Shown: one piece after another, positions 23,861 through 34,658 of the stretch
Layout of the letters: each line of letters starts with the position of its first letter
Position numbering within the stretch: position 1 is the first letter of the stretch
Assembly: GCA_965112155.1 (NCBI GenBank)
Contig: OZ218111.1
DNA length: 64,000 nucleotides
Strand: one strand, 5' to 3'
DNA from: Podarcis liolepis
Lineage: Eukaryota
Made by a program: the position numbers and the translations under genes
Notes under the pieces: model-generated
The model's database searches: none
Seen by the model: the letters and a program-made list of their open reading frames with translations, nothing else
What the model was told of the DNA's origin: nothing

Positions 23861-24172
23861 AAGGTAAAGGGGTTGTGGCGCTCATCTCGCTTTACTGGCC
23901 GAGGGAGCTGGCGTACAGCTTCCGGGTCATGTGGGTGGCATGACTAAGCCACTTCTGGCGAACCAGAGCAGCGCACGGAAACGCCGTTTACCTTCCCGCC
24001 AGAGTGATACCTATTTATCTACTTGCACTTTGACGTGTTTTTGAACTGCCAGGTTGGCAGGAGCAGGGACCGAGCAACAGGAGCTCACCCCGTTGCGGAG
24101 ATTCAAACCGCCAACCTTCTGATCAAAGTCCTAGGCTCTGTGGTTTAACCCACAGCACCACCCGCGTCCCTT
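23861..24172 (-). mobile_element. Sauria SINE with an internal deletion and 14-bp TSD, inserted into a palindromic MITE remnant
   Basis: Closely similar to the 3342-3695 copy; TSD actttgccaaccta at 23847-23860 and 24173-24186. Confidence 0.92.
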
Positions 24173-25164
24173 ACTTTGCCAACCTAGTGACCTCCAAAAG
24201 TTTTCAACTACAACTCTTCTCTGCCACAGCCAGCACAGGGGAAGGCTGACCTAGCTAAACTGGTCTGATGATGGGTTCCTAAAACACTCCAGAAGGTGGA
24301 CCCTATGAATGGATGTGCCCCTATTCAAATGCCCCATTCCCAACCCTCAGACCACCCTCTTACCAGTCCTTGGCAGCCTCCATATGCACATAACTTTAGT
24401 GCAGTAAAGAACGTAACAGCCTAAGTTGGGAAAAGTATCTTGCTATCATCCATGGGTTCAGGAAGAAACTTGCCATGCAGAAACAGCTGCAGACTGAAAG
24501 GGAGGGGAGTGACTCTGCTCCCCCCACCCCGCACCTACCCTGTGAATTTTAGGACTTTGCCAGCCCTTATTTGCTCTCATGAAGTTGCCACAGAGGGGAG
24601 CATTTGGCCCGAGATCATCAGTCTTAGAACACTAAACACTTCTAATAGCGAACACTCACGTTATCACGAATGCACTGAAAACAACAGCAGCTGTACCATA
24701 CCAGAAAGCAAACAGACCTTCTCTCATGAGGTCCTTATTTAGAAAGAGACACACACATTAGCACAATAAGTGGGAACTATTATTCTCCCCCAACAGGGCT
24801 AGATCTTAAAAAGAGCCGAGGGAGGGGAGCAGGGAGAGAGAAACAAGGAGGGAAAACAAAACCAGGCTGCTATTAAGCCAACGTAGGAGGGGAAACCGTA
24901 GGGCACCCGCCAGGACCCTAAGGAGGAATGGAAATCAGCTCCATCGGAAGGCAGGGAGCCTAGAAACCAGCATGGCTTTCATTGCACCATTCTGTACAGA
25001 ATGTAGCTCAGAATCAGGTGGCACTGCTTCCTTGGAACTTCTCTTTCTTTCTTTCTTTCTACAAAAACAACAACAACTATACTAAGCTTATAGTCCTCAT
25101 GGTGGTGGGTGGGAGAAGGGAAACTGAAAACAGAAGCAGGACATTTGGCAAGATTTGTCTTTGA

Positions 25165-25285
25165 GGGTTGTATCTAATGTTAGCCTTACGCTGAGCAGAC
25201 CCTTTGAAATTAATGGACCTAAGTTAGTCATTTCCATCAATTTCAATGGGCATGATCTGAGTATGACTAACACTGGATACAACTC
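25165..25285. mobile_element. Short palindromic MITE-like repeat
   Basis: Termini gggttgtatcta... / ...tggatacaactc; internal ttgaaattaatgga / tccatcaatttcaa inverted pair. Confidence 0.6.
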
Positions 25286-25421
25286 TTGAGTCAGGGAGAG
25301 CACATAAAATATAACTTAAGAATGGCCCCATGAGTGTCCACTTGTCTCTAAATATGTGGATTGGGAGCCTGATCACATGCAGACATCATCTACACAGTGC
25401 ATGGTGGTTTAAGACACTATA

Positions 25422-25552
25422 TTAGGGACAGGGAACCTGTGGCCCTCCAGATGTTGTTAGACTACAACTCCCATCATCCGTGACCATTGACCTGCTGGCT
25501 GGAGCTGCTGGGAGTTGGAAATCAACACCACCAGGGAAGGTCACATTCCCAC
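25422..25552. mobile_element. Palindromic MITE-like repeat (ggactacaactcccatca family)
   Basis: gggaacctgtggccctccagatgttg..gactacaactcccatca...gggagttg. Confidence 0.7.
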
Positions 25553-27525
25553 ATGGCATGTGGTTTGCTCTGAAATACAATTTTCCGTGTTTAGCCATCT
25601 CAACCTGTAGTTTGGACATAATGGGCTTTCAGATACTTCCAAGGGTGTTATTTCTGTGCACACAAAGTCACGTGTGGATAAGTTGTTGCAGTTACATTCC
25701 ACTTACACAACATGGCATCTGTTCACATGTGTGATCATAACTCAAAGACTGCCACACCAAGTTACGAGCATGCATGTCTGAATGGGCCAACACAGGCATA
25801 AGACCTCAGGAGAGCTTATGTATACCTTCAGTCACAATGAAGTCAGTACACAAACACAAACACACAGTGACCAAGTGTCCAGAAATCAACAGATGTGCAT
25901 ATCATACACATGCAAACATAAGTATGTATATGCATAAGCTTGCAAAAAGGGATTTGCTACTTTTCAAGGCACCCATAAACCATCTCCATCCACATGCAGC
26001 CCAATTCCTTTCCTCCCAAGTTTCTGGTTCTGTCACATCAATTCCAGGCTCAGCCTGTTTCATCAGAAGTTGCTCTGGTAAGTGCAGTTCCCTGATAAAG
26101 CAGGGAAAGATTCTGGAAATCAACTTCTGGAACTAAGCAGATGGGCTGCCATTCCAGGCAAAAGTGTGCTAGATCTGCCCTGCTTCCTATGTGTAGGACT
26201 GAATTTTAACTGCTCTGGGTTAATTTCACTTACACTGTTGCTTCCTAAAGTGATTAAGGGGTGAACAACTACCACCACCAGAGCGTAAGGAAGAATATTT
26301 TGTTAGCTCTGAAAGGGGAAATCTAGCAACTATGATCATCCCATCAGAAATCAGGTCTCCCAAAGAAAATGGTGGTTAGCAGAGCAAGCACCTAAGTGTT
26401 GACAATGTGGATACATAAAGTATATTAAAAATCAAAGCACACACACAATCAAATCCAGGTTGATTTGCACAGAGATGCACAGAGGCAAAAATGAATGTCC
26501 TGTGTCTGGGGTAAAATGCAGTTTTCCAACTTCTTTTCTGAGAAACATAGTAATGTGACAAAAAAGAGTGGGGTGGTGGGTGGACACAGATTAAATGTGG
26601 TGCATGTAAATGGCAGGAGCATTTGAACAAAAATGCACATTGTGCCCTTCCACAGCTGAATGGCCAGGCATGCAGAAATTTGGGCAACTGGAAATCCAGA
26701 TAAACAAGAATACTGTTTCCTTAGGCCTGCACTAGTAGTCGGGGGGTGGGGGTGGGGATACATGATGCCCTGACCCAGAGGCCCACATGTGCTTCAAGGT
26801 AAATATAAATCCTCCTGCATGTAGAGGATTCTCCACTAAATTCAGTAGCTGGATCCCACCTGAGCCATGCCATGGACAACTCATGCATTTCACCCGCTGA
26901 AACACTCTGAGCAGGCCTTGTGGGTGGGGAGCTTCACGTAAGCACCAGAGTTTCTGCTCCTCTTGAGAAATCACTGGATCAGGACTAAATGGGTTCAGGT
27001 AGAGGTGTGAACAACAGGGCTCCTGCCGTTTTTGGTTTTTCTCCCTTTGACAAAACCGAACCGAGAGGTGACATTCAAAATGCTCTTGTTTACAGTTCAA
27101 CCCTGACCCCTTTTAGCAGGTCCTCTTTTGCGCATCCAGACCAGAGCTGCACAAAAGCCTGCCTCATTTAAAAGGCAAAACGACAACTTCCATTTCTTTG
27201 CATTACCACATCTGGCAAGGTGGAGAGGTGATCAATTAATATGGGGGGCCTTTGGGGGTCTCTGTTATCCAAAAGAGAGAGAGGGAGAAAGAAAGAGACT
27301 TTCCTGGAAACCGCCTCCTTTTGCCAAGGATTCAATAGGAAGAGTCAGGAAACAGCACAAAGCAGGACAAGGCCAGCCAGCGCTCAGCAGCTCAGAGCCG
27401 CACAAGGCAACTTGTCTCGCAGTTGAGGACGTTGGGCCATTGTGCTTCATTAGGAAACAAAATATAAGCTTTCCAGTCCATTAGGAATGACTTTAGGAGT
27501 GAAAGCACATAAGACGGCGACTCAC

Positions 27526-27558
27526 CTCATCAACAATGCACTGGAGTAACTGGAGGGG
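27526..27558 (-). CDS. MAP2K5: MAP2K5 33-nt micro-exon (human exon ~19), PLQLLQCIVDE
   Basis: Long pyrimidine tract ...tttccatcacag|CCCCTCCAGTTACTCCAGTGCATTGTTGATGAG|gtgagt. Confidence 0.96.
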
Positions 27559-27713
27559 CTGTGATGGAAAGGAGAAGTGGGGGGAGAGAGAAGAGAAGTA
27601 TTAGGCTATATGCAATATCTTTACAGTGGAGTGGAAAGAAAAAATCATTAATGCAATAAAATATAGCAAGATTAATCAACAGCAGCAAACTCTTATAAAA
27701 ACATCGCGGCTCA

Positions 27714-28362
27714 NNNNNNNNNNNNNNNNNNNNNNNNNNNNNNNNNNNNNNNNNNNNNNNNNNNNNNNNNNNNNNNNNNNNNNNNNNNNNNNNNNNNNNN
27801 NNNNNNNNNNNNNNNNNNNNNNNNNNNNNNNNNNNNNNNNNNNNNNNNNNNNNNNNNNNNNNNNNNNNNNNNNNNNNNNNNNNNNNNNNNNNNNNNNNNN
27901 NNNNNNNNNNNNNNNNNNNNNNNNNNNNNNNNNNNNNNNNNNNNNNNNNNNNNNNNNNNNNNNNNNNNNNNNNNNNNNNNNNNNNNNNNNNNNNNNNNNN
28001 NNNNNNNNNNNNNNNNNNNNNNNNNNNNNNNNNNNNNNNNNNNNNNNNNNNNNNNNNNNNNNNNNNNNNNNNNNNNNNNNNNNNNNNNNNNNNNNNNNNN
28101 NNNNNNNNNNNNNNNNNNNNNNNNNNNNNNNNNNNNNNNNNNNNNNNNNNNNNNNNNNNNNNNNNNNNNNNNNNNNNNNNNNNNNNNNNNNNNNNNNNNN
28201 NNNNNNNNNNNNNNNNNNNNNNNNNNNNNNNNNNNNNNNNNNNNNNNNNNNNNNNNNNNNNNNNNNNNNNNNNNNNNNNNNNNNNNNNNNNNNNNNNNNN
28301 NNNNNNNNNNNNNNNNNNNNNNNNNNNNNNNNNNNNNNNNNNNNNNNNNNNNNNNNNNNNNN
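27714..28362. other. Assembly gap (649 N), probably hiding the MAP2K5 IQKNQGSLM exon
   Basis: Run of n beginning 155 nt upstream (transcript sense) of the 33-nt exon. Confidence 0.95.
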
Positions 28363-29019
28363 TGTCTGCTCACAATCTTGCCCCCCCTCTTTTTTTTTTT
28401 TTGAAGGAAACTTTAATTATGTGTCTGAACTATATGCCTGTTCTTAGAGAACAACAGTTTATGCTCCACTTTTTAGAATTTCTTCTGTGCCCCAAACCTC
28501 CCACAGCTACTTTCTGAACACCAGTTTTTGGGTTATAATTATCATTTAAGATCACCAGCTGGCCTGTCCCTCCCAAGACTGCAAAATCCACAGACTTAAT
28601 CTGAGCATCTCGGGAACTGCAGCAAAAGGGCTACCAAACATTGTCAGAAGTGGCTCAAGGGCCACTGTTTAAGGCTCTTATGTTTAAGCTAAGGATGCCA
28701 ACTGTATAGGTGGGGATGCTGCTGGTTACATCTCTGAAAGCTGGGTGACAAAACTGACCCCCTGACAATTCTACCATTATTAACTATGATTTTCCGTCAA
28801 CTGTGTGGCTCCTTGCACATATCAACACAGGTCCCTTCCATTCTGCAAGATGCTTCTTTGCCTAAAACATCTTGGGTTCACTCACAGTTAACTTGGCCTG
28901 CCCTTTCCATTCAATATTCTCAGCTGAGTAGTGCCAGAGATGATGAATGGCTGTACTTCTCTCATTGGCTTCGAGAGCTCTCCTTCTTCCCTAGCTAGCC
29001 AGAGGCATTATCCTATAAA

Positions 29020-29151
29020 TTAGGGATGGGGAGCCTGGGCCCTCCAGATGTTGCTGGACTCCAACTCCCATCAGCCCCAGCCAGCATGGCCAAAGGTCAG
29101 GGACAATGGGAGCTGTAGTCCAGCAACATCCAGTCCACATTCCCCATCCCG
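29020..29151. mobile_element. Palindromic MITE-like repeat (ggactacaactcccatca family)
   Basis: agggatggggagcc...gatgttgctggactccaactccca...tgggagctgtagtccagcaacatc...ccccatccc. Confidence 0.75.
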
Positions 29152-29259
29152 ACTCGAAAAAATTGTTCACAAAAGTAGTAAAAGGTCACAGACATATACA
29201 ACGCCCACAACAGTGTATGTATTTGCTTCTGGTTGTGCCATTATCAGGGTTCTCTTGTA

Positions 29260-29530
29260 CAGCGGTGCCTCGCAAGACGAAATTAATCCGTTCCGCGAGT
29301 CTCTTCGTCTTGCGGTTTTTTCGTCTTGTGAAGCACGGCTATTAGCGGCTATTAACGGCTTAGCGGCTTTAAGAAAAAGGAAACAAACTCGCAAGAACTC
29401 GCAAGACGTTTCGTCTTGCGGAGCAAGCCCATAGGGAAATTCGTCTTGCGGAACGACTCAAAAAACGGAAAACTCTTTTGTCTTGCATGTTTTTCGTCTT
29501 GCGAGGCAATCGTCTTGCGAGGTACCACTG
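29260..29530. mobile_element. Young CpG-rich Tc1/mariner (Tigger-like) MITE with TA TSD
   Basis: ta|cagcggtgcctcgcaagacga ... tcgtcttgcgaggtaccactg|ta; repeated tcgtcttgcg motifs. Confidence 0.88.
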
Positions 29531-30024
29531 TAACTTTCATCCTTATGGTTATTTCCAGCAAAGGAAAATGGAAACGTTCATAATTCTCTGTCTGGTGATA
29601 GGGAAAACCCCTTAGAAAATATACAAGGAAACAATGTGCAACCTTGCACCAACCATACTGGTGGAACTTCATTTTATTTACCAGGATTTCTAACAAATAA
29701 GCCCAGCATTATTACGTCTGAACACCTAAACCATAAAAATAAAACACATACAGGTAATTTGGGACATCACCTATAAATATGGCCTGTTAAAAAAGTATCA
29801 CCTGTGCATTAAACACATCAAAATAGATCTCCTCCAGTCATCTATAAGATTAAAATATCAGTTCTCTATATGTCCCTACACCTCCAGATACCACATAAAG
29901 CCAATTATAAACTCTCTTTTGGGGTACTTCAATGCCCCTAGGGTGCTGTTAGCATAAAGTACACTCTACAGCAGCAGCAAAAGATTTCATTTAATAGAAG
30001 AGGTTGATGGGAAAGAAACAACAA

Positions 30025-30235
30025 TATTTATTACATTTTTATCCTGGCTTTCCTCCAAGGCATTCAAGGCACTTTATATAGTTCCCCACTCTCCATTTTA
30101 CCTCCACAACAACCCTGTGAGGTAGGTTAGGCAGAGAGGTGACTGGCCCAAGGTTACCCAGTTAGCTTTATGGCTGAATGGGGATTTGAAGCTGGGTCTT
30201 CCCAGTCTTAATCTAATCACTACCCCATCATGGCA
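30025..30235 (-). mobile_element. MIR/Squam3-like SINE
   Basis: cacaacaaccctgtgaggtaggttaggcagagag..gactggcccaaggttacccag...ggggatttgaa. Confidence 0.7.
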
Positions 30236-31082
30236 GGATAGGGCAGGAAGTTACCAGTGTTTTTGACATATACCTCCTTGCACAGGAATGTGCAGCACAT
30301 AAGTGCATGAGAGAACTTTCCGGGGTTCTGCACTTTATGAGCCATAATCCTGAGGAAGGTGGGCACTTTGCACTTGCCAGAAGTCACAGGGGAGAGTATA
30401 CTGCTTCACTTCTCTTGAGCAGCAACACCTTCCGTGAGCCTGCAATCTGGTGCAGTTAACATCCCCATCTGTTTAAAACCGTGCCTTCAAAGAACCACAC
30501 GTTCCTCTCTAAAGAGGGCAAAGTGTGTGCATGTTGTTCTGATCAGAGACAACATATGCATGGCATAGCCCACATCGAGGGGTGGGCAGGTGGGGGCAGA
30601 GTAAGCAACACAAACCGCAAGGGGAGCATGCTGTATCTATATTTATTTTCAGCTACATACCATTTAGAGCTATTATGATCCTGCATAACACAATATGCTG
30701 TTTACATTACAGGGGGCAAAATATCTGGCCGACAACCTGAATTGAATATTTACCAGTAAAATGACAGCTAATTGGGTTTATGAAGGAGGGTTTTCCTTCT
30801 TGCTGTAATGGGGAAGCCTTAATAGAAGTAGGGAACGAGATGGGATGAGGAGGAAGTAAGGGGGGGAGTGAAGGGAAACCACAGCTGTTCAGTCCTGTTG
30901 CACTATGGACTTGTCTGAAGCCAGGATGAGCTCAACTTGAGTCTACTGGCTTGATGAGCAGAACAGGGTGACAGGATTCTATTCGCAGGAAGCAGAGGAG
31001 GAGGTTGTAGGCATAAGATGCTAGGATTTATAAAGGACAGTTGACTAAAACCTTTGGGGAAAGACTCTATTATACAAATGTT

Positions 31083-31870
31083 CCAGAGAGGCAGCCAGGT
31101 TAGTCTCTTGCAGCAGAAACAACAAAGGGTATTGCAGCATCTTAAAAATGAAGGGGGGGAAAAAGCTATGGTTTTCCCAGTAGTGATGTATGGAAGTGAG
31201 AGCTGGACCATAAAGAAGGCTGATCGCCGAAGAATTGATGCTTTTGAATTATGGTGCTGGAGGAGACTCTTGAGAGTCCCATGGACTGCAAGAAGATCAA
31301 ACCTCCCCATTCTTAAGGAAATCAGCCCTGAGTGCTCACTGGAAGGACAGATCCTGAAGCTGAGGCTCCAATACTTTGGCGACCTCATGAGAAGAGAAGA
31401 CTCCCTGGAAAAGACCCTGATGCTGGGAAAGATTGAGGGCACAAGGAGAAGGGGACGACAGAGGACGAGATGGTTGGATAGTGTCTTCGAAGCTACCAGC
31501 ATGAGTTTGACCAAACTGCGGGAGGCAGTGGAAGACAGGAGTGCCTGGCATGCTCTGGTCCATGGAGTCACGAAGAGCTGGACACGACTAAACGACTAAA
31601 CAACAACAAAAATGAAGAAATTTATTACGGCACAAACTTTTGTGGCACATTTCACCAAATGTGCTTACTGAACCTTTATCTACGCCCTAATTATCACAGA
31701 CTGTATTTTTTTATCTCATTGCCATTTATTTCCCACCTTGGAATTTTCTGTCAGCTAAGATTTCACTCCATGCACCTGAGAAAATGGGCTTCAGACTGCA
31801 AAAGCTTATGCCACAAGACATTTGTTAGTCTTTAAGGTGCCACAATACTCTTTGTTGTCATTGTTCAGCA
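31083..31870. mobile_element. Penelope-like element remnant (two inverted pseudo-LTR pieces) interrupted by Bov-B
   Basis: tagtctcttgcagcagaaacaacaaagggtattgcagcatcttaaaa|...|aaatttattacggcacaaac (31083-31153 and 31618-31650), with the inverted copy aagcttatgccacaagacatttgttagtctttaaggtgccacaatactctttgttg within 31765-31870. Confidence 0.6.
31160..31607 (+). mobile_element. Bov-B (RTE clade) LINE, 5'-truncated 3' fragment
   Basis: Translates KAMVFPVVMYGSESWTIKKADRRRIDAFELWCWRRLLRVPWTARRSN...GKIEGTRRRGRQRTRWLD; (CAA)n tail; probable TSD aaaaatgaag at 31144-31153 and 31608-31617. Confidence 0.95.
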
Positions 31871-33234
31871 AATGAAGAGAGGTTCTAGGTTCCAACTCCA
31901 CATATCAGAGAGGATGAGATATAGAATAAGCACCACAACCCTTGAAATACTGGATTCTATCCAGATGGCCTAAGCTACTCATGGCCGGGGAACTGGGGTA
32001 TGTTAGGGATTGGCCAGCCAAGCTGCACCAAGTGACGTTGGCAAAACTTGTTGCCCACAATGGGAGAAGCCATTTCCATGCTCATACTACAGACATCACT
32101 ATAAGTGACATTACAGTACTAAAGCATAAGAAAAATCCCCCACTGTGCTCATCATTTGTAAATCTTCCTTATGTGTACATGTTGCATACATGGGAGTCCT
32201 AGAGATATGATTCTCACTTTAGGGTGCAACAGATCTCAAAGTCAGTCCTGGATGAGCCCTGCCAGTGGAGGTGTCCATGTCTAAACCTCAGCAGTGGAAT
32301 AAGTTGCTCTGAACAGTTGTGGAAGTCCCAGCTGTGGAGGTTTTAAGAAAGTTGAAAGGATCCCTTCTGCTGCAGAATATCCTCTTTTGGGCCATGAGAT
32401 CTGATGATTCACAGTTCCTTCCTAGGGACTGACTCCATTAAGATGAATGATGAAAACAGCCTTCATGAGGCTAAGTGTCCAAGTAGAGTTTTGAGAAAGT
32501 GCTGCGGGTCACAAAATGGCTGCAGCCGAGGCATGGAACAACAAAATGGCCGCCACATTTGAAATATTGGGGAAAGAGACAGGGACACAAAATGGTGCAG
32601 GCATGCACCCCAATCATTCACTGCCTTACTTGATCGCAGAGAGGAGCTCTTTTCACCTCTCTGCTGTTTAGAAGTGGGAAGGGTATCCAATCCTGGCATC
32701 CAGTGAAATGTGGGCATGTTTAAGGAGACATGTTCAATGTAGGAGATGCTGAGCCAGTGTAAACAGGAAATGAGCAGGAACAGCAAACATCTCTCATGCA
32801 TTGTACATTTTGAGGGGAAATTTACTGAGACCTTTCACAGGTGCCATAGGATCTACTGCTGGCACACTGGTGCTTGTGGGTGCTGCATTGGTGGCTCTTG
32901 GTTTATGCATATTGCTACCATTGTACAAGTGCCGCTATCAAGAAGCATGGATCAGTTGCCATGAGAAGGGCGTAACTGCCTCCATGGGAAAAGTGTAAAT
33001 TGACCTAATTCCATGAACAATCTCAGCTGCTGGTCATGGAAGATTGTAAAATAGCGTGGGATTGTACACAAAAACTGGGGGAAGCAATCCTTGCAAATGC
33101 TCTTATTGCTACCACTAAGCACCAACGACATACATAGAACTCCTGGCTTTTTCATAACTTGACAGCTTTATATAAATACGAGAGAGTGAGGGAGGCGGGG
33201 GGGGGGGTGGACCTCAGAAACTGCTGCTGAAGGA

Positions 33235-33379
33235 GACAAATGTTTTCTTGAGGGGGGACAATTACAGGTCTCCCATTTCAAAAGGTGCTTTGGAGGAACA
33301 TGCAGCATGAACTATAACTCTGAAGCACCTTTTGAAATAGGACAGCTTGTAATTGTTGCCCCTGAAGAAGACATTTGTC
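33235..33379. repeat. Imperfect inverted repeat, ~55-nt arms
   Basis: gacaaatgttttctt.aggggg.acaattacagg..ccatttcaaaaggtgctt / aagcaccttttgaaatagg..gcttgtaattgttgcccct.aagaagacatttgtc. Confidence 0.85.
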
Positions 33380-34319
33380 GGAACATGTTGGGCAGGGCAT
33401 TTGACCAATAAATTCTCCTTCAGGTTCTTTTTTTGTTGGTGCTGTCTTTTTGTGGTTGTTCTACTTTTAGCTTTACACTCATGTCATCCTTTTCAGCAGG
33501 AAGACACACTGAGTGCATGCTATTGCTCAACTAAGGTATTACACTGCAATTTCAGAAATTCTGTATCAATATATCTGTGCCCATTAGCCAGTACTGATTC
33601 AAATTTCCTAAGACCCTCAGTTACTTCTTAATGCCACTACTGAGAATGACAGACAGCTATTTCACTGATGTCTTGATGCAATATCATTGTAACTTTAGTC
33701 TTTTCTCCATTAAGTAGAGCTGCTCTGCTTTTTTGCCTCTGAAATACTATGAATACACTTTAAAAAGCTGTATGTTGTTTATGGTGATCTACCACTCCAG
33801 GTAATTTTGTTTGTACGGCTGTGTTTCCTCTTAACTCTGCTAGACTATCTAACTGCTACAGCTATATTTTTCCCAGACCCTCAATAGCAAGCTGCTCAAG
33901 CTGTACTTATATTAGACATATTTTTCACTGTAAAACAATGTTGTTTACAGTCCACAACACTGGCACATCTCTGGAAAGATAAAACAGCTGTATAGCTGGG
34001 ACTGCTACCTTTGCACACAGTTCACGAAAAAGCAAAGAATATGATTTTATTACATACTGAAATAATTTTTTTAAAAGTCAATATAAAATACTGCACCGTT
34101 TGAGCCCTCTCCCTCTGCCCCACACTACCACGGGACCTTGGAAGCTCTGATGGTCCAATCCTACTGCTCCACATGGCAAGATTTATTATGGAGGGGGATT
34201 TTACATACCGTCTTCTCCAGAGGCTATACCAGAAACTCTGCTAGAGCTTAATTTTCCTAGAAGGCTAAAGAGCTCCTAGCAGTGACTCACTGTGGCCTCC
34301 ACTCTTTCTCATCTGCACT

Positions 34320-34530
34320 GCAGTGTCGTGCTGTGGTTAAGGGACTGAGCTGTGAACCTGGAAGACTTTGGTTCCAACCTCACCTGTACCACGAACTCAC
34401 TTGGCTCACCATGCTCTCTGATGTTCTGCGTCCACCCCTGCAATATGGAGATACATCTTAGCACCCTACCTTACAATCATTACTTCAATACTGTACAGGA
34501 AGTACTTGGAAAACTTTAAAGCTCTACAAA
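34320..34530 (+). mobile_element. Old MIR-like SINE, interrupted near its tail by a younger SINE
   Basis: gtgtcgtgctgtggttaagggactgagctgtgaac...ctgcaatatgg...aagtacttggaaaactttaaagctctacaaa. Confidence 0.5.
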
Positions 34531-34658
34531 CTCAGTTGGTAGAGCGTGAGACTCTTAATTACAGGGTCCTGGGTTCAGGCCCCTCATTGGGCAAAGGTTT
34601 CCTGCATTGCAGGGGGTTGGACTCGTGTCCCCTTCCAAATCTACAATTCTATGATTCT
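34531..34658 (+). mobile_element. tRNA-Lys(CTT)-derived SINE with CR1-type tail
   Basis: ctcagttggtagagcgtgagactcttaattacagggtcctgggttcaggcccctcattgggc followed by cctgcattgcaggggg.ttggact...ccttccaaatctacaattctatgattct. Confidence 0.8.

Noticed and set aside
27626-28447. Long ORFs spanning N-runs (also 4060-4434)
   Set aside because: Artefacts of assembly gaps
30871-30890. PTF1-type TC-box/E-box composite (gggaaaccacagctg)
   Set aside because: Spacing is shorter than canonical and the site is isolated
31054-31599. 181-aa ORF, and the antisense 222-aa ORF at 30903-31571, as protein-coding genes
   Set aside because: The first is a truncated Bov-B ORF end read in from flanking repeat sequence; the second is its antisense shadow
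34531-34595. tRNA-Lys(CTT) gene
   Set aside because: The 5' acceptor strand is missing, the T-arm is mutated and it is fused to a CR1-type tail, so it is a SINE head
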